From IMG/VR virus record IMGVR_UViG_3300036798_000143, positions 1-51,041 of that record: 51,041 nucleotides of DNA. The stretch is one strand, 5' to 3'. A program made the translations under genes and the position numbers. Within the stretch, counting starts at the first letter, position 1. Each line of letters begins with the position of its first letter. This stretch comes from a virus. Taxonomy: Duplodnaviria; Caudoviricetes. The notes under the pieces are model-generated. The model was given only the letters and a program-made list of their open reading frames with translations, was not told the DNA's origin and did no database searches. Shown here piece after piece: positions 1 to 10,304 of the stretch.

Positions 1-210
1 TATTTTTCTCTTATAATCATTTCTATCAGTTTGGTGTGAAATCACACTTTCACACACAACAAAGAAACCTTTCCTACTAAAAAGGGATGGATTGGCCCCC
101 CGGGCCTGGACTCCCGAGAATAAATCCGAAAATCCATTCGGCACGGTGAAAATGATTCATGAAATCCATTCGGCTGGAACAGGATGTACAAAGGATTTTT
201 AATGACCGAC

Positions 211-239
211 TTGATTTCCCGATTGGACTAATATAATAT
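211..239 (+). promoter_or_regulatory. Rightward (late-arm) sigma70/SigA-type promoter
   Basis: TTGATT (211-216), 17 nt, TAATAT (234-239). It resembles the 14 right-arm promoter modules, including TTCC-N4-GGAC in the spacer, and lies upstream of the first structural gene. Confidence 0.6.
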
Positions 240-278
240 AGAGAGCAGCGACGCCTGAACGATTTGACAGGAGTATGC

Positions 279-719
279 GTGGCAGATGACGTCCGAGTAC
301 CAGAAGAGAACTGGAATCCTCGGGTGGCTCTTGACTCCCTCGTCTTCGAGGCGCAGCTTGACGGCGGCGATGCAGCGGCAGCCACGTCCCGTATACTTCG
401 CGAGCACGCTCTGCTTGCTGCACAAAGCATCTGTCACCTGTCAGCCTATAGCCAGAACGACAGGATTCGTTTGGATGCGTCACGTTACATCGTCGACACC
501 ACGCTCGAAGCGGGTTTGGACGCTGACATCAGGCTGCAGCGCGAACAGACGAAGATTGTTGGCCAGGCACTGTTCTCGGCGGTTAGAGCGTTAGGCCTAC
601 GCTACGGCTTCGACCCGAACGCACCAGATGTCCGAGCGCTGGCTCACGACACCCTTCTGGAGCTGGCGGTCCTTCCTTCTCCCCCACCGCCGGCTTCAGA
701 AGGAGACGACGATGATTGA
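279..719 (+). CDS. Putative terminase small subunit
   Basis: Helical ~146-aa ORF with AGGAG RBS before GTG 279, two genes upstream of the large terminase. The call is positional only. Confidence 0.45.
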   Translation: MADDVRVPEENWNPRVALDSLVFEAQLDGGDAAAATSRILREHALLAAQSICHLSAYSQNDRIRLDASRYIVDTTLEAGLDADIRLQREQTKIVGQALFSAVRALGLRYGFDPNAPDVRALAHDTLLELAVLPSPPPPASEGDDDD

Positions 720-897
720 CGCCAACACTACCAAGCTCCTCTCCCTTGTCGTTATGCTTGCTGGGCTAGCAAGCATCGCGCTCGGGGTTCTTGTACTCAC
801 TAACTCCCCTGTGGATAACGAGGCCCTTCTTGGGTGGTCCGCTTTGGCCATTGGTATCGGCTTGTTTGTCGCTGAGGCGCGGAGTCACGTCCATTGA
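712..897 (+). CDS. Small two-TM membrane protein
   Basis: MIDANTTKLLSLVVMLAG... has two hydrophobic stretches, an AAGGAG RBS and overlaps both neighbours. Confidence 0.6.
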   Translation: MIDANTTKLLSLVVMLAGLASIALGVLVLTNSPVDNEALLGWSALAIGIGLFVAEARSHVH

Positions 898-2513
898 CCA
901 CCTTCTTCCCCCCAAAACGACCGGATGAAGGCACGCGTCTTATTCAGGCGGTAGCAACTGAGTGGTTTGGGCCACCTAGGAACCCTCAGGAGTGGTTTAA
1001 AAAGCACCGTATTCACTTGACCATGGGGCAACAGCGTGTGCTTGCCAGCATCAAAGCGTTCCGCTACACGGTGGTCCCATCCGCTCACGACCTCGGTAAA
1101 TCGTTCCTTGCCGCTGCAGTTGCGTGCCAGTGGATCGAAGAGCATGAGCTTGGAGAGGCGTTCGTTGTGTCCACGGCACCGACCTCTGCTCAAGTCTCCG
1201 CCGTCTTATGGCGTGAAATCGAGAAGCTACATAGGAAGCTGGGTCTCGAAGGCCAAATCAACATGGGACGCATCCCAGAATGGAAGATTGGCAAAGAACT
1301 CGTAGGTTACGGCCGTAAGCCGGCTGACTACGACGAAGCGGGTTTCCAGGGCATTCACTGTCGTTATCCCCTCATCTTAGTGGATGAAGCAGCCGGCATC
1401 CCTGAGCAGTTGTGGACGGCGGTGGATGCCCTGGCAACCAACGAAAATGCGCGCGTACTGGCGATTGGGAACCCAGATGACGCCAATAGCGAGTTCGCAC
1501 GCATGTGTTTGCCGGGTTCTGGGTGGCACGTTGTAGTCCTAGATGGGCTGTCTTCACCAAACTTTTCCGAGGACGAAGTCCGCCACGTCTCCAATATTCC
1601 CAACCAAACAGGCGACCTCCACGGGTACATGGTAGAGAATCAGCTGCCGTTCGCCAGGGAAAAGATCCCGTTCGATCTCTCACAACTGCTCCTGTCTCCA
1701 CTCTGGGTTGCGGAACGCATGCTCGACTGGGGCGTTTACAAAGACAGTGATGAACAATGGCAAACGACACCCCTGTGGGAATCGAGAGTCAGGGCGCGAT
1801 TCCCGGCAGATGCTCAGTCACATGGCGTAATCCCCCTTACTTGGGTGCAACAAGCCGTCGAGCGGTGGTATGCATTCAAGGAATCCGCGCTCCCGGTAGA
1901 GGAACTGCTGGGTTCTCGCGTCTTTTCCTGTGACCCGGCCCGCTACGGGGACGATGAAACGGCAATCTGTGAGCGTGTTGGTCATGTAGTGCTCAATGTC
2001 GATCGCGTAGGACAGCAGGATACCCAGACCACCGCGTTACGCTTGTCGCGGAGGATGGATCAGTACGGCTCGACCTTCGCGATTGTCGACGTCGTTGGCA
2101 TAGGGGCCGGCGTCGTTGACCGGTTGAGAGAAGAGGATAAAGAAGTCTTAGGCTTCAACTCTGCCGCCAAAACTGCGATGATGGACGCACACGGCGAGTT
2201 TTCCTTCCCCAACCAGCGCAGCGCAGCCTGGTGGAACCTCCGGGAGATGCTAGATCCATCTAATCCTGCCACCAGGCTGTGTCTGCCGCCTGACGATCAG
2301 CTGATCGGAGACCTGGTCGCGCCGCGCTGGCGCATTGGAGCTGGTGCGAAGATCGCCGTGGAACCCAAGGACCTCACCAAGAAGAGGCTACGACGGTCAC
2401 CTGACTCGGGTGACGCTGTCGTGATGTCTTTGTGGTTCCACGGTGTTGACTCTGGAGAGGCATATGTCACTGAATACGGTGGCGAATCCGAGTATGTTGA
2501 GGAGTACAGGTGA
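894..2513 (+). CDS. terL: Terminase large subunit
   Basis: Walker A-like SAHDLGKS, Walker B ILVDEAAG, coupling motif GNP, nuclease DPARYGDDET and C-terminal SPDSGDA. Confidence 0.93.
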   Translation: MTTFFPPKRPDEGTRLIQAVATEWFGPPRNPQEWFKKHRIHLTMGQQRVLASIKAFRYTVVPSAHDLGKSFLAAAVACQWIEEHELGEAFVVSTAPTSAQVSAVLWREIEKLHRKLGLEGQINMGRIPEWKIGKELVGYGRKPADYDEAGFQGIHCRYPLILVDEAAGIPEQLWTAVDALATNENARVLAIGNPDDANSEFARMCLPGSGWHVVVLDGLSSPNFSEDEVRHVSNIPNQTGDLHGYMVENQLPFAREKIPFDLSQLLLSPLWVAERMLDWGVYKDSDEQWQTTPLWESRVRARFPADAQSHGVIPLTWVQQAVERWYAFKESALPVEELLGSRVFSCDPARYGDDETAICERVGHVVLNVDRVGQQDTQTTALRLSRRMDQYGSTFAIVDVVGIGAGVVDRLREEDKEVLGFNSAAKTAMMDAHGEFSFPNQRSAAWWNLREMLDPSNPATRLCLPPDDQLIGDLVAPRWRIGAGAKIAVEPKDLTKKRLRRSPDSGDAVVMSLWFHGVDSGEAYVTEYGGESEYVEEYR

Positions 2514-3976
2514 GTTTTACGCCTAATCTCCCGACACCTTCGACAACCGTAGCGCCTATCGACCCTGAAGCACGCCCGGTTATGGAGAAAGAGGAGGGTA
2601 CGGCCTTCGATTATATCGCAGGCGACCTTGTCTTCGCTTTCCAACCAGGGCTCCCGGAAAACGTAGGTCTCGTCTACGACTATCGAGAGCCCAGCGTAGG
2701 TCAGCTTCAGGAGATGCTAGACCACGATGGCAAGGCAAAATCTCTAGAACAGGTGTTGTCGATGCCGATCATAGGCGCTGGTTGGCATATTGTACCGGGC
2801 GAAGGTAACGACGATCACGAGACAGCGCAGTGGATCGAGGAGATATTGCGCAAGGATACACCGTCGGGAGGCATGAAAACCCCGATGGAAACCGTGATCG
2901 CGCAGATGACATCTGCCTTCACCTTCCGCCGTTCGTACCACGAAAAGGTGTTCAAACAGGACGAAAACAACCAGGTTGTCTACGACAAAGTTGCTTTTCG
3001 GCCTGCAGATACCTGTACGATGCTGCGAGAAAGGCAGACCGGCGACCTTATGGGCTTCACTCAGTGGGTCATAGGTCACCCTACGCAGGTGTCAATCACG
3101 GTTCCGTATGCTCTTGTTTACGTGCATGGGCAGCACCGTAACCCGGTTAAGGGGCTCTCGGACCTACAAGTTCCGTATCACAACTACAGGACGAAGGAAA
3201 AGCTCAAGTTCCTCTGGTACACCTACTGCGAGACGATGTCGTTGCCGCGTACAATCGTGCTTGCTAATGGTGACACGGCCGCTAAGAAGGCAGCTTCGAC
3301 GATCGCAGCATTGAAGAACGCAGGCGTTGCAGGCATCCCGAAGGAATGGGTCACGCAAATCATCCCTCTGGAGCCAGGTAGCGCAGGCTCCCACGAGTTC
3401 CAGGCAGCTATAGCTTACCTTGACAGCGACTCTGCACTTTCGCTCCTTGCAGGCTTCACCGATCTAACGGGCCGAGCAATGGGCACAGGGGTAGGTATGG
3501 CGTCTGGGACTCGTGGGTCATACGGTCTCTCGCAGTCCCAGATCGCGTTCTTCATGACGATGTTGAAGGCCTACTCTACGGAGCTGTCGACTGTGGTCAC
3601 TCAAGGCATGATTACGGACATTGTTCGGTGGAATAAGGGTAAGGCGGTTCAGATTCCCCAGTTCGCTGTCGGACCACTAGAGGAACAAGACGTTCAACAA
3701 GCGTTTGGTCTACTGCAGACGATTGCGCAGTCTCAGTCAATGAACGTGCCAATCGAGTTCGTAGAGCAGCTAACACTATTGGTTGCTGACGAACTCGGTA
3801 TAAATACGGACGTGATCGAGGAAGCATTCAAGGGTTTCCAGCCAATGAGTCAACAGCAACGTCTCGGAGCGACAGCAGATGTCGGTGCACAAGTCGCAAC
3901 ACAGGCTCAGCAGGAGATAGGCAATATACCGCAGCAACTTCAGCAACCTCAGGCTGGAGGGTCGACAAATGACTGA
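2510..3976 (+). CDS. Portal protein (Mu gp29/DUF935-like)
   Basis: 488 aa directly after terL. GLSDL...Y and GSYGLS motifs are typical of this portal family. Confidence 0.85.
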   Translation: MSFTPNLPTPSTTVAPIDPEARPVMEKEEGTAFDYIAGDLVFAFQPGLPENVGLVYDYREPSVGQLQEMLDHDGKAKSLEQVLSMPIIGAGWHIVPGEGNDDHETAQWIEEILRKDTPSGGMKTPMETVIAQMTSAFTFRRSYHEKVFKQDENNQVVYDKVAFRPADTCTMLRERQTGDLMGFTQWVIGHPTQVSITVPYALVYVHGQHRNPVKGLSDLQVPYHNYRTKEKLKFLWYTYCETMSLPRTIVLANGDTAAKKAASTIAALKNAGVAGIPKEWVTQIIPLEPGSAGSHEFQAAIAYLDSDSALSLLAGFTDLTGRAMGTGVGMASGTRGSYGLSQSQIAFFMTMLKAYSTELSTVVTQGMITDIVRWNKGKAVQIPQFAVGPLEEQDVQQAFGLLQTIAQSQSMNVPIEFVEQLTLLVADELGINTDVIEEAFKGFQPMSQQQRLGATADVGAQVATQAQQEIGNIPQQLQQPQAGGSTND

Positions 3977-4634
3977 AATGCTGCTGACTGTACAGACGCC
4001 GACCGCTTCGACAGTTCCTGAGCCTTTTGGTAAGCCTTCAGGGCCTGGTCTCTGGCATGTCAAGGGAATGATGTTGCCCGCGTACATTCAGCACGTCGCG
4101 CATGATTTGCTGAACGCAGGTACGGCGAAGAATGTATCACAGGCTATACAGATGGCCGTAGGCATTGTACGTAAGTGGTCAAAGGGAGTCCCTGTAGGAG
4201 GCGAAACGATGGTAGGTGACCCTAAGCACCCTGGTAAGATTCACCCAGATGTCCAGGCCGCGGCGGCAAAGGCGATGGCTCAGTGGGATGCGAAGCGTGC
4301 TCAAGCACATGCACAGGCTGCATCGCATTCGCACTCCATGAGGTTCGACGAGTGGGGTAGCGTGCTGGACTTAGCTACCGTGCCCAGTCCAAACGCTGCT
4401 ACACGTAAGGCCGCCCTGAAACAAGGCGCGGCGCTACCACACCCGTCCGGTTCGCCAGGGCAGGCTCGGTTTCCACTTACCAACCGTACCCTGGCGAGCC
4501 GGGCAGTAAAGATGGTGCAGTTGGCCAAAGGAGACAAGACGGCGATTCGGCGTCACATCATGAGTGTCTGTCGAAAGAACGGTTGGGCAGATCTGATTCC
4601 AGACAACTGGAACGCAGATGGAACGACATCATGA
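3969..4634 (+). CDS. Head-module hypothetical protein (two small domains)
   Basis: 221 aa between portal and protease. The C-terminal RFPL...IRRHI...LIPDNWN segment resembles domains seen in actinophage head genes. Confidence 0.6.
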   Translation: MTEMLLTVQTPTASTVPEPFGKPSGPGLWHVKGMMLPAYIQHVAHDLLNAGTAKNVSQAIQMAVGIVRKWSKGVPVGGETMVGDPKHPGKIHPDVQAAAAKAMAQWDAKRAQAHAQAASHSHSMRFDEWGSVLDLATVPSPNAATRKAALKQGAALPHPSGSPGQARFPLTNRTLASRAVKMVQLAKGDKTAIRRHIMSVCRKNGWADLIPDNWNADGTTS

Positions 4635-4646
4635 AGGAGGTATGAT

Positions 4647-5666
4647 ATGCCTGGCGAGGTCGCATTGCTGGCTCCGCTGGACCGGCAAGAAGCAGTTGAA
4701 CTGTCAAGCACCCTGTGGAGAAAGCAACTTCTTCCGCGGGGCACGATCGACTACAAGGGACGTAAGATCAACTTCGACGATCGGTACCTTGCTGATCTGG
4801 CGGCTTCGTTTCGTGGAAAGGCATTCGACCAGGTAGCGTTCTTGCTGGCCAAAGACGACAACAGCCACACAATGGATCCTGAGCGATTCAGAGGTGAGGT
4901 GAAGGGCATGGAGGTTACCAGTAAGGGCCTCGATGTACTTCTCGACCTGACTGAAGAGGCTGCGGAGCTAGTGCGTAAGAACCCCCGATTGGGTGTCTCT
5001 GCGCGCATCATTGAAGGTCTGGATCGCGCAGACGGGATGAAGTATCCACGCGCGATTCAACATGTGTTGGGCACGCTAGACCCAAGAGTAACGGGTATGG
5101 CGTCCTGGCAAGAGGTGTCGCTCTCCGAGGAGGTCGGCGACACAGTCGATATGACAACCGAGGAGGTGCAAATGTCACAGACGACGGGCGAAGCGCCGGT
5201 AACGGAGACTCCGCCCAAAAGCGACACCGATTCACAGGAACATCCGGAGCCGAATACGGTTCCAGGAGCTCCGGACTTGTCGAACTCACCGACTGAGGAC
5301 GAGATCCTTATGGATTTGGTGCCCGACCAACCAGCAGTAGATCCGAACCTGCAGCGGATCGAAGAACTGGAGCTCAAGTTGGCGAAGCAGGAGTTCGCCA
5401 GCGAGGCGCGGCAGTGGATTGACAAGGGCGTTCCGCCCACGTTGGTCATGCTCGCGAAGCCAGTTCTCGAGCTGCCTCAGGCTCCTGTCATTGACTTGAG
5501 CAATCATGGTGGAGATACCATCGACGTGGCCAAGGTGCTTCGGGACATTCTCGAAGAGACCACAGGCTTCATCGAGATGGCGAAAGAGCGCGGTCAAGGG
5601 TTCTCGGACGGAGATTCCGAGGCCGATCGCGAAACAGCGCTTCTCGATGCCTGGGCCAAGCAATAG
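4647..5666 (+). CDS. Capsid maturation protease/scaffold (Mu-like protease I)
   Basis: N-terminal domain with H...GVSARI...HVLGTLDPRVTGM, then an acidic Pro-rich linker and helical scaffold-like tail. AGGAGG RBS. Confidence 0.8.
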   Translation: MPGEVALLAPLDRQEAVELSSTLWRKQLLPRGTIDYKGRKINFDDRYLADLAASFRGKAFDQVAFLLAKDDNSHTMDPERFRGEVKGMEVTSKGLDVLLDLTEEAAELVRKNPRLGVSARIIEGLDRADGMKYPRAIQHVLGTLDPRVTGMASWQEVSLSEEVGDTVDMTTEEVQMSQTTGEAPVTETPPKSDTDSQEHPEPNTVPGAPDLSNSPTEDEILMDLVPDQPAVDPNLQRIEELELKLAKQEFASEARQWIDKGVPPTLVMLAKPVLELPQAPVIDLSNHGGDTIDVAKVLRDILEETTGFIEMAKERGQGFSDGDSEADRETALLDAWAKQ

Positions 5667-5682
5667 AAGGAGGTGATGTAGA

Positions 5683-6117
5683 ATGCCTGCAGTAACTCCA
5701 CGGTTTCAAGAGGGTCCTGTAACCTTTACGGTCCTCGCTCAGGTCGTGGGCGGGCAACTTGTCGACGGCGCAGTAGGAGGCGTACAGCCCTCAGCAGCGG
5801 GTTCGAATGTGTGCGTTGGCGTCGCGATCACAGATGCGCTGCCGGCGTCAACGAGTCAGACACCAACGGTGCCAGGAGCGCCTGTGTCCGTCAACTTGGC
5901 ACCGTATCCGAACACAGTAGCTGTTGCCAACGAGGGTGTTTGGCCCTTGACGTACGCAGCTGCTGCAACATTTGGTCAGCGACTGATCACTGCAGCTAAC
6001 GGTCAAGTTGCTCCAGCGGGTGCAGCGCCTGATGCTCGTCAGGTCATCGGCGTTTGCTTTGAGCCCGCCGGAGTAGCGCTAGGCGCCGTTGGCGCTGTGA
6101 ACCTCGATATCAGTTAG
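5683..6117 (+). CDS. Capsid decoration/cement protein
   Basis: Small Ala/Gly/Val-rich beta protein (VGVAITDA) between scaffold and major capsid protein. Confidence 0.7.
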   Translation: MPAVTPRFQEGPVTFTVLAQVVGGQLVDGAVGGVQPSAAGSNVCVGVAITDALPASTSQTPTVPGAPVSVNLAPYPNTVAVANEGVWPLTYAAAATFGQRLITAANGQVAPAGAAPDARQVIGVCFEPAGVALGAVGAVNLDIS

Positions 6118-6133
6118 GAGGAGGTGAGAAACC

Positions 6134-7051
6134 ATGAGTGCAATAATGCCAATCCAGGCCTCGTCAGATGGTCCGCGCGTAACAGTAAACGATCTCATCA
6201 ACAACCCCACTGTTATTCCGCGGCGTATCCTGCAAATCGCAGCGAATCAGTTCATTGTGGACTCGATTCTGCGAAACGCGGGAGGGAACAACTCTGGCCT
6301 CGTCGAGTACTACCAATCGACGCCGTTGTTCGCAAACACAGCTGCAGCGCTTCGTGCGGAGTTCGGTGAGTACATGTTCGCCCAGACGAGCTTGGGCATC
6401 CCGACAGTTGCCGCGACGGCTGACCGTGGCTTGTCCCTTCTGATCTCGGACGAGATGAGAATGCGGAACAAGATGGACATGGTCAACATTCAGACGACTC
6501 AGGTAAGAAACACACTGATCCGTGACTGGGACACAGTGTTCTTCAACCTCTTCCTGGCGAATCCGAGTGTACCAACGTTCGCAGTTGCGACGCCGTGGGC
6601 TACGTCAGCTACGATCCGTCAGGACATCCTGAAGGCGACTAGACTGGTGAACAATGCGGTTACTGGTCAGCAGCCGAACAACTTCCTGAACTTCAACGCG
6701 AACACGTTGGTTATCACGGAACTGCAGAAGTTCAATCTGCTGAGCAGCACCCAGTTCAACAACATCTTCCAAGGCAACTTGGCAGACCAGAACCTGTTGT
6801 ACACTGGCACGATGCCGCAGAAGGTGTTGAACCTCGATGTGTTGGTCACGAAGTCGGGTGGCGTGCTGCCTGACGGGTCTGCGATCGTCATGGAGCGCGG
6901 TACGGTTGGCTTCTACTCCGATGAGGAGCCACTGCAAGCTACACCGTTGTACCGCGACCAGCCACGACGTACGTGGAGGTCGGACACCAACCGTCGCTCG
7001 GCGATGGGCTTGGACCAGCCGTTTGCCGCTGTCATCTTGACAGGCCTATAA
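6134..7051 (+). CDS. Major capsid protein
   Basis: 305 aa, strong GGAGGTG RBS, AEFGEY motif, C-terminal DQPFAAVILTGL, canonical position. Confidence 0.85.
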   Translation: MSAIMPIQASSDGPRVTVNDLINNPTVIPRRILQIAANQFIVDSILRNAGGNNSGLVEYYQSTPLFANTAAALRAEFGEYMFAQTSLGIPTVAATADRGLSLLISDEMRMRNKMDMVNIQTTQVRNTLIRDWDTVFFNLFLANPSVPTFAVATPWATSATIRQDILKATRLVNNAVTGQQPNNFLNFNANTLVITELQKFNLLSSTQFNNIFQGNLADQNLLYTGTMPQKVLNLDVLVTKSGGVLPDGSAIVMERGTVGFYSDEEPLQATPLYRDQPRRTWRSDTNRRSAMGLDQPFAAVILTGL

Positions 7052-7062
7052 GAGGAGGTGAA

Positions 7063-7326
7063 ATGTCGTACACAGTAATGGCCGATGTCCTTGACCACGT
7101 GGTCAAGGAAGCAGGGGAATACCCTGACGGCCGACCGAAGCAGGTTGAGGAGCTCCACAAGGGAGATACCACCGACCTGTCTGACGTCGACGATGATCGC
7201 ATTCAAGCCTTGAAGGACGCGGGTGCGATCATGGACACCAAGGAGGCCGAGAAGCAGGCTAAGGAAGCAGAGCAGGCGACTCCGCCGCCTCCGCCTGCGG
7301 GAGGTGAGCCAGAGGCGAAGCCGTGA
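7063..7326 (+). CDS. Hypothetical head-associated protein
   Basis: GAGGAGGTG RBS before ATG 7063. Acidic and Pro-rich, follows the capsid gene. Confidence 0.7.
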   Translation: MSYTVMADVLDHVVKEAGEYPDGRPKQVEELHKGDTTDLSDVDDDRIQALKDAGAIMDTKEAEKQAKEAEQATPPPPPAGGEPEAKP

Positions 7327-7853
7327 GCTATTGTCAGGTAGCGGACGTCCGCAACGCACTTGTACAGGACGGACAGACGTCAGGAACTAATACTGCCGCT
7401 GACATGGACGACACAACAATCCAGGACGCTATCAATGAGGCGTCTTCGGTTGTCGACTCGTACGTCGGTGGGCCTTATGCGCCCACCGACAGCGTGCCGG
7501 ATATGGTCGTCTATTGGACGCGCGATGTTGCTGCATTCCTGGCTACCTGTACGTGGCGGAAGTCGAAGGACTTCCAAGCCATGGATCCTGTGTTGTTGCG
7601 TTACCAACAGGCGCTTGGACGCCTTGCGGGCATCTTTGCCGGTACGACAAACATGCCGAGCAATCAGCTACCTACAACAGATGTGTATGAGGGTTCGGTT
7701 GTAAACCCGATTCCTATGACCCTATTCTACCCCTGGCAGTTCGACTTGTGGGGTCGAGGTGGGTATCCCGTAGGAGCCTGGCCCATTATCCGTCAGAGTA
7801 CCTACTACTGGATAGACCCCTATTGGGGTTTGCCTGGAGGAGGAGCGCCCTGA
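7323..7853 (+). CDS. Head-tail adaptor (Mu gp36-like)
   Basis: MSYCQVADVR...AINEASSVVDSYVGGPY...RYQQALGRL pattern and position. Confidence 0.75.
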   Translation: MSYCQVADVRNALVQDGQTSGTNTAADMDDTTIQDAINEASSVVDSYVGGPYAPTDSVPDMVVYWTRDVAAFLATCTWRKSKDFQAMDPVLLRYQQALGRLAGIFAGTTNMPSNQLPTTDVYEGSVVNPIPMTLFYPWQFDLWGRGGYPVGAWPIIRQSTYYWIDPYWGLPGGGAP

Positions 7854-7854
7854 T

Positions 7855-8334
7855 ATGGCTGAGGGAACCTTTTATGGTCGCATAGAGGGCCTAATAGACT
7901 CGGTAGGAGACGGGTCGCTTGTAGGTAAGGTTGAGTTTGACCAAGCCTATGCACATCGTCAGCACGAGGAGCTTGGGTGGAAGCACCCACATGGCGGACG
8001 AGCACAGTATCTATCCACCGCACTCTATCAGAACCTGTATGGTTCTCTAGAACGCATTGCTGATCACGCACTGCAGGAGGGTGGCCCACGACTGGGTATG
8101 ATCCTAGCCGTGGAGCGAATAGCTACTGATGCAGCTGCTATGGCTCCGATTGAGGTAGGTGTGCTTCGTGACTCTGCACATCCGTCGGTAGAGGAGCACG
8201 GCATAGTAGTCTATGACCGTCCACCAGCAGTACCACGTTTGTCGGATGAAGCGCTAGATCGGATACACGACATGGTCAGTGACCTGACGAGTCCTGATGT
8301 CACGAAGCCTCGAGGGAGGAACCGTGGGGCTTAA
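7855..8334 (+). CDS. Neck/tail-completion protein (HK97 gp10-like)
   Basis: YAHRQHE, QYL and APIEVGVLRDS motifs, located in the neck module. Confidence 0.6.
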   Translation: MAEGTFYGRIEGLIDSVGDGSLVGKVEFDQAYAHRQHEELGWKHPHGGRAQYLSTALYQNLYGSLERIADHALQEGGPRLGMILAVERIATDAAAMAPIEVGVLRDSAHPSVEEHGIVVYDRPPAVPRLSDEALDRIHDMVSDLTSPDVTKPRGRNRGA

Positions 8335-8761
8335 CTACATGGACGTTGTTGAGTATCTGACACCTAAGCTGACTGCGAAGGGTTACGATCCGCTGCCTGT
8401 CTTCGATCCAGGACCAGGTGTTTTCGTCGATGCGCAGGATGTGTCACCAAACATGTTAGTCATCGTCGGTCCAGGTCCTGGTGGAGGCTTCGACAGCGAG
8501 CAGCTGTTTGATAAGGCTCCTATGCAGATACGCACTATTGGTCCGCAAATGGACTACACTACAGCCGAGCAGCTAGCGGGTGACATCGATTTAGCCTTGT
8601 GCTACGACTTTCAGGTGTCGCAGCTCGTCAACGGGAAGTGGTGGCTAACCGTCTACCGTTCAGGAGGTGCTCCTGCCCTCATGATGAAGGATGACGGAGA
8701 CCGCTATCATTTCACATGTAACTACATATTCGAAGTCGAATATGTTACGCAAACGCAATAG
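8324..8761 (+). CDS. Tail terminator-like protein
   Basis: QIRTIG...AEQLA...DDGDRYHFTCNY pattern, upstream of the tail tube gene. GGAGG RBS before GTG 8324. Confidence 0.6.
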   Translation: MGLNYMDVVEYLTPKLTAKGYDPLPVFDPGPGVFVDAQDVSPNMLVIVGPGPGGGFDSEQLFDKAPMQIRTIGPQMDYTTAEQLAGDIDLALCYDFQVSQLVNGKWWLTVYRSGGAPALMMKDDGDRYHFTCNYIFEVEYVTQTQ

Positions 8762-8774
8762 ACAGGAGGTGAAC

Positions 8775-9008
8775 ATGCCTGACGAGGCCGAGCAGAGAGA
8801 AGCACGTACACCGACTCCTAGATCACAAGGACCGGTGACGTTGAAGATCGTCGATCAGCCCTTTGTTGTAGGACTGGTCGTCGATGATGGTACAAACGTG
8901 GTCACAGTGACTACGGTACCTGTAGTTGTTCCTGCGGAGTCAGTTGAAGCTGTCTACAAGGCTGCAGCTGACACTCACATTCTACTTGTAGAGGAGGTGA
9001 ACACATGA
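8775..9008 (+). CDS. Hypothetical protein
   Basis: AGGAGGTG RBS before ATG 8775, coupled to the tail tube gene. Confidence 0.65.
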   Translation: MPDEAEQREARTPTPRSQGPVTLKIVDQPFVVGLVVDDGTNVVTVTTVPVVVPAESVEAVYKAAADTHILLVEEVNT

Positions 9009-9907
9009 TTGGACAGTTGTACAACACCAACAACGTCGTCGTTGGTCAAGCTGCATGTTTGGTCGCACCTGCACACACACCGATGCCGCCCCCGGCTTCC
9101 GCGGTGATGACGGATCCGTTCTCACTAGCACCTTGGGCCTCGGCAACGTTGAGCACGTCTGGTCCACTGACAGCTGGTACCTTCATACTGGCGTACACGG
9201 TTGCAGGCACGCCGTATACGACTGCGGCCGTTCAGTGGAACACCACGGCTGCAGCGCTGCAGGCAGCGATTGTCACTGCACTTGCGACGTTCCCAGGTGG
9301 TCCGGCACTGGCATCCGAGGTGAGTGTTACTGGCGGTCCTTTGACTGCCGCAGGAACGCCATTCTCGATCGCGCTCGCCGAACGACTGATGGGCGGCTCG
9401 TGGACCATAACGCCTACAGGTGTTACTGGTGGCACACTGACGCTTACACAGCCCCTGTGGACCCCAGTTGGAGCCACAGACCAAGGTTGGACGTTTGCGT
9501 CGAACAAGTCAACGCAGGCCATCAACATCGAAGAGCAGTCATCACCAGTTGCGATGGAGATGACTACGCAGTCGATTACGGTCTCAGGAGCGCTTTCCGA
9601 GGACATCTCGTCGACATTGGCTATGGCCTACAACATGCTTGCGACAGCTACGGCGCCGGCGACCGGAGTTCCTGGGTACACAACGTTGAACCCAACGGAC
9701 ACTATTCTGTTGTACGCGGTTGCGTTGATCATGGCCAACAGGCTCGGGTTCCCTCGGTGGTTGTACATTCCACAGACCACCTGCCTGGCAAATGCTAGTG
9801 GGGCCTTCCGTCGTGCAGCTGCAAAGCGGATGTACACTGCGGACTTCCAGTCAGTGTGTCCGATCGCTGCGATCCAGATCTACGACTTCACAGCACTAGG
9901 TCAATAG
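9005..9907 (+). CDS. Major tail (tube) protein with inserted Thr/Gly-rich domain
   Basis: WTPVGATDQGWTF motif, position before the chaperones and tape measure. Confidence 0.8.
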   Translation: MIGQLYNTNNVVVGQAACLVAPAHTPMPPPASAVMTDPFSLAPWASATLSTSGPLTAGTFILAYTVAGTPYTTAAVQWNTTAAALQAAIVTALATFPGGPALASEVSVTGGPLTAAGTPFSIALAERLMGGSWTITPTGVTGGTLTLTQPLWTPVGATDQGWTFASNKSTQAINIEEQSSPVAMEMTTQSITVSGALSEDISSTLAMAYNMLATATAPATGVPGYTTLNPTDTILLYAVALIMANRLGFPRWLYIPQTTCLANASGAFRRAAAKRMYTADFQSVCPIAAIQIYDFTALGQ

Positions 9908-9917
9908 GAGGAGAACC

Positions 9918-10304
9918 TTGAGCACGTTCAACCTAACCGACGAGGTAGGCGCACTCGATTACAACTTCGAGCCGTACGCTGGAAAGGGTACCATACCAGA
10001 ACCATCTACTATGCAGATTCAGGCATTTCGTCAAGCACTTGGTGAAATGCTTGGGGAGGTAGATGAAGATAGTTCTAATAAGGTCGATGACGTAGCGCTT
10101 GCAAAGAGATTGGCCGAGTATCTGAAGTCGGATACGACGGAGGCTGATGAGAAGTCACTCCACATAGTGGCGGACGTGTGTTCGAATCAACCTTCGTTCG
10201 ATGATCTGCAAGCGCTACCGTACCGCGCCCGGCAAGCCTTCTTTGGCTGGGTAGTAGGAATGCTACTAGTCCCGGAAGGAGCGAGGCCCGCTACGAATAC
10301 CTAA
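9918..10304 (+). CDS. Tail assembly chaperone (gpG-like)
   Basis: Between tail tube and tape measure, AGGAGGAG RBS. Confidence 0.75.
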   Translation: MSTFNLTDEVGALDYNFEPYAGKGTIPEPSTMQIQAFRQALGEMLGEVDEDSSNKVDDVALAKRLAEYLKSDTTEADEKSLHIVADVCSNQPSFDDLQALPYRARQAFFGWVVGMLLVPEGARPATNT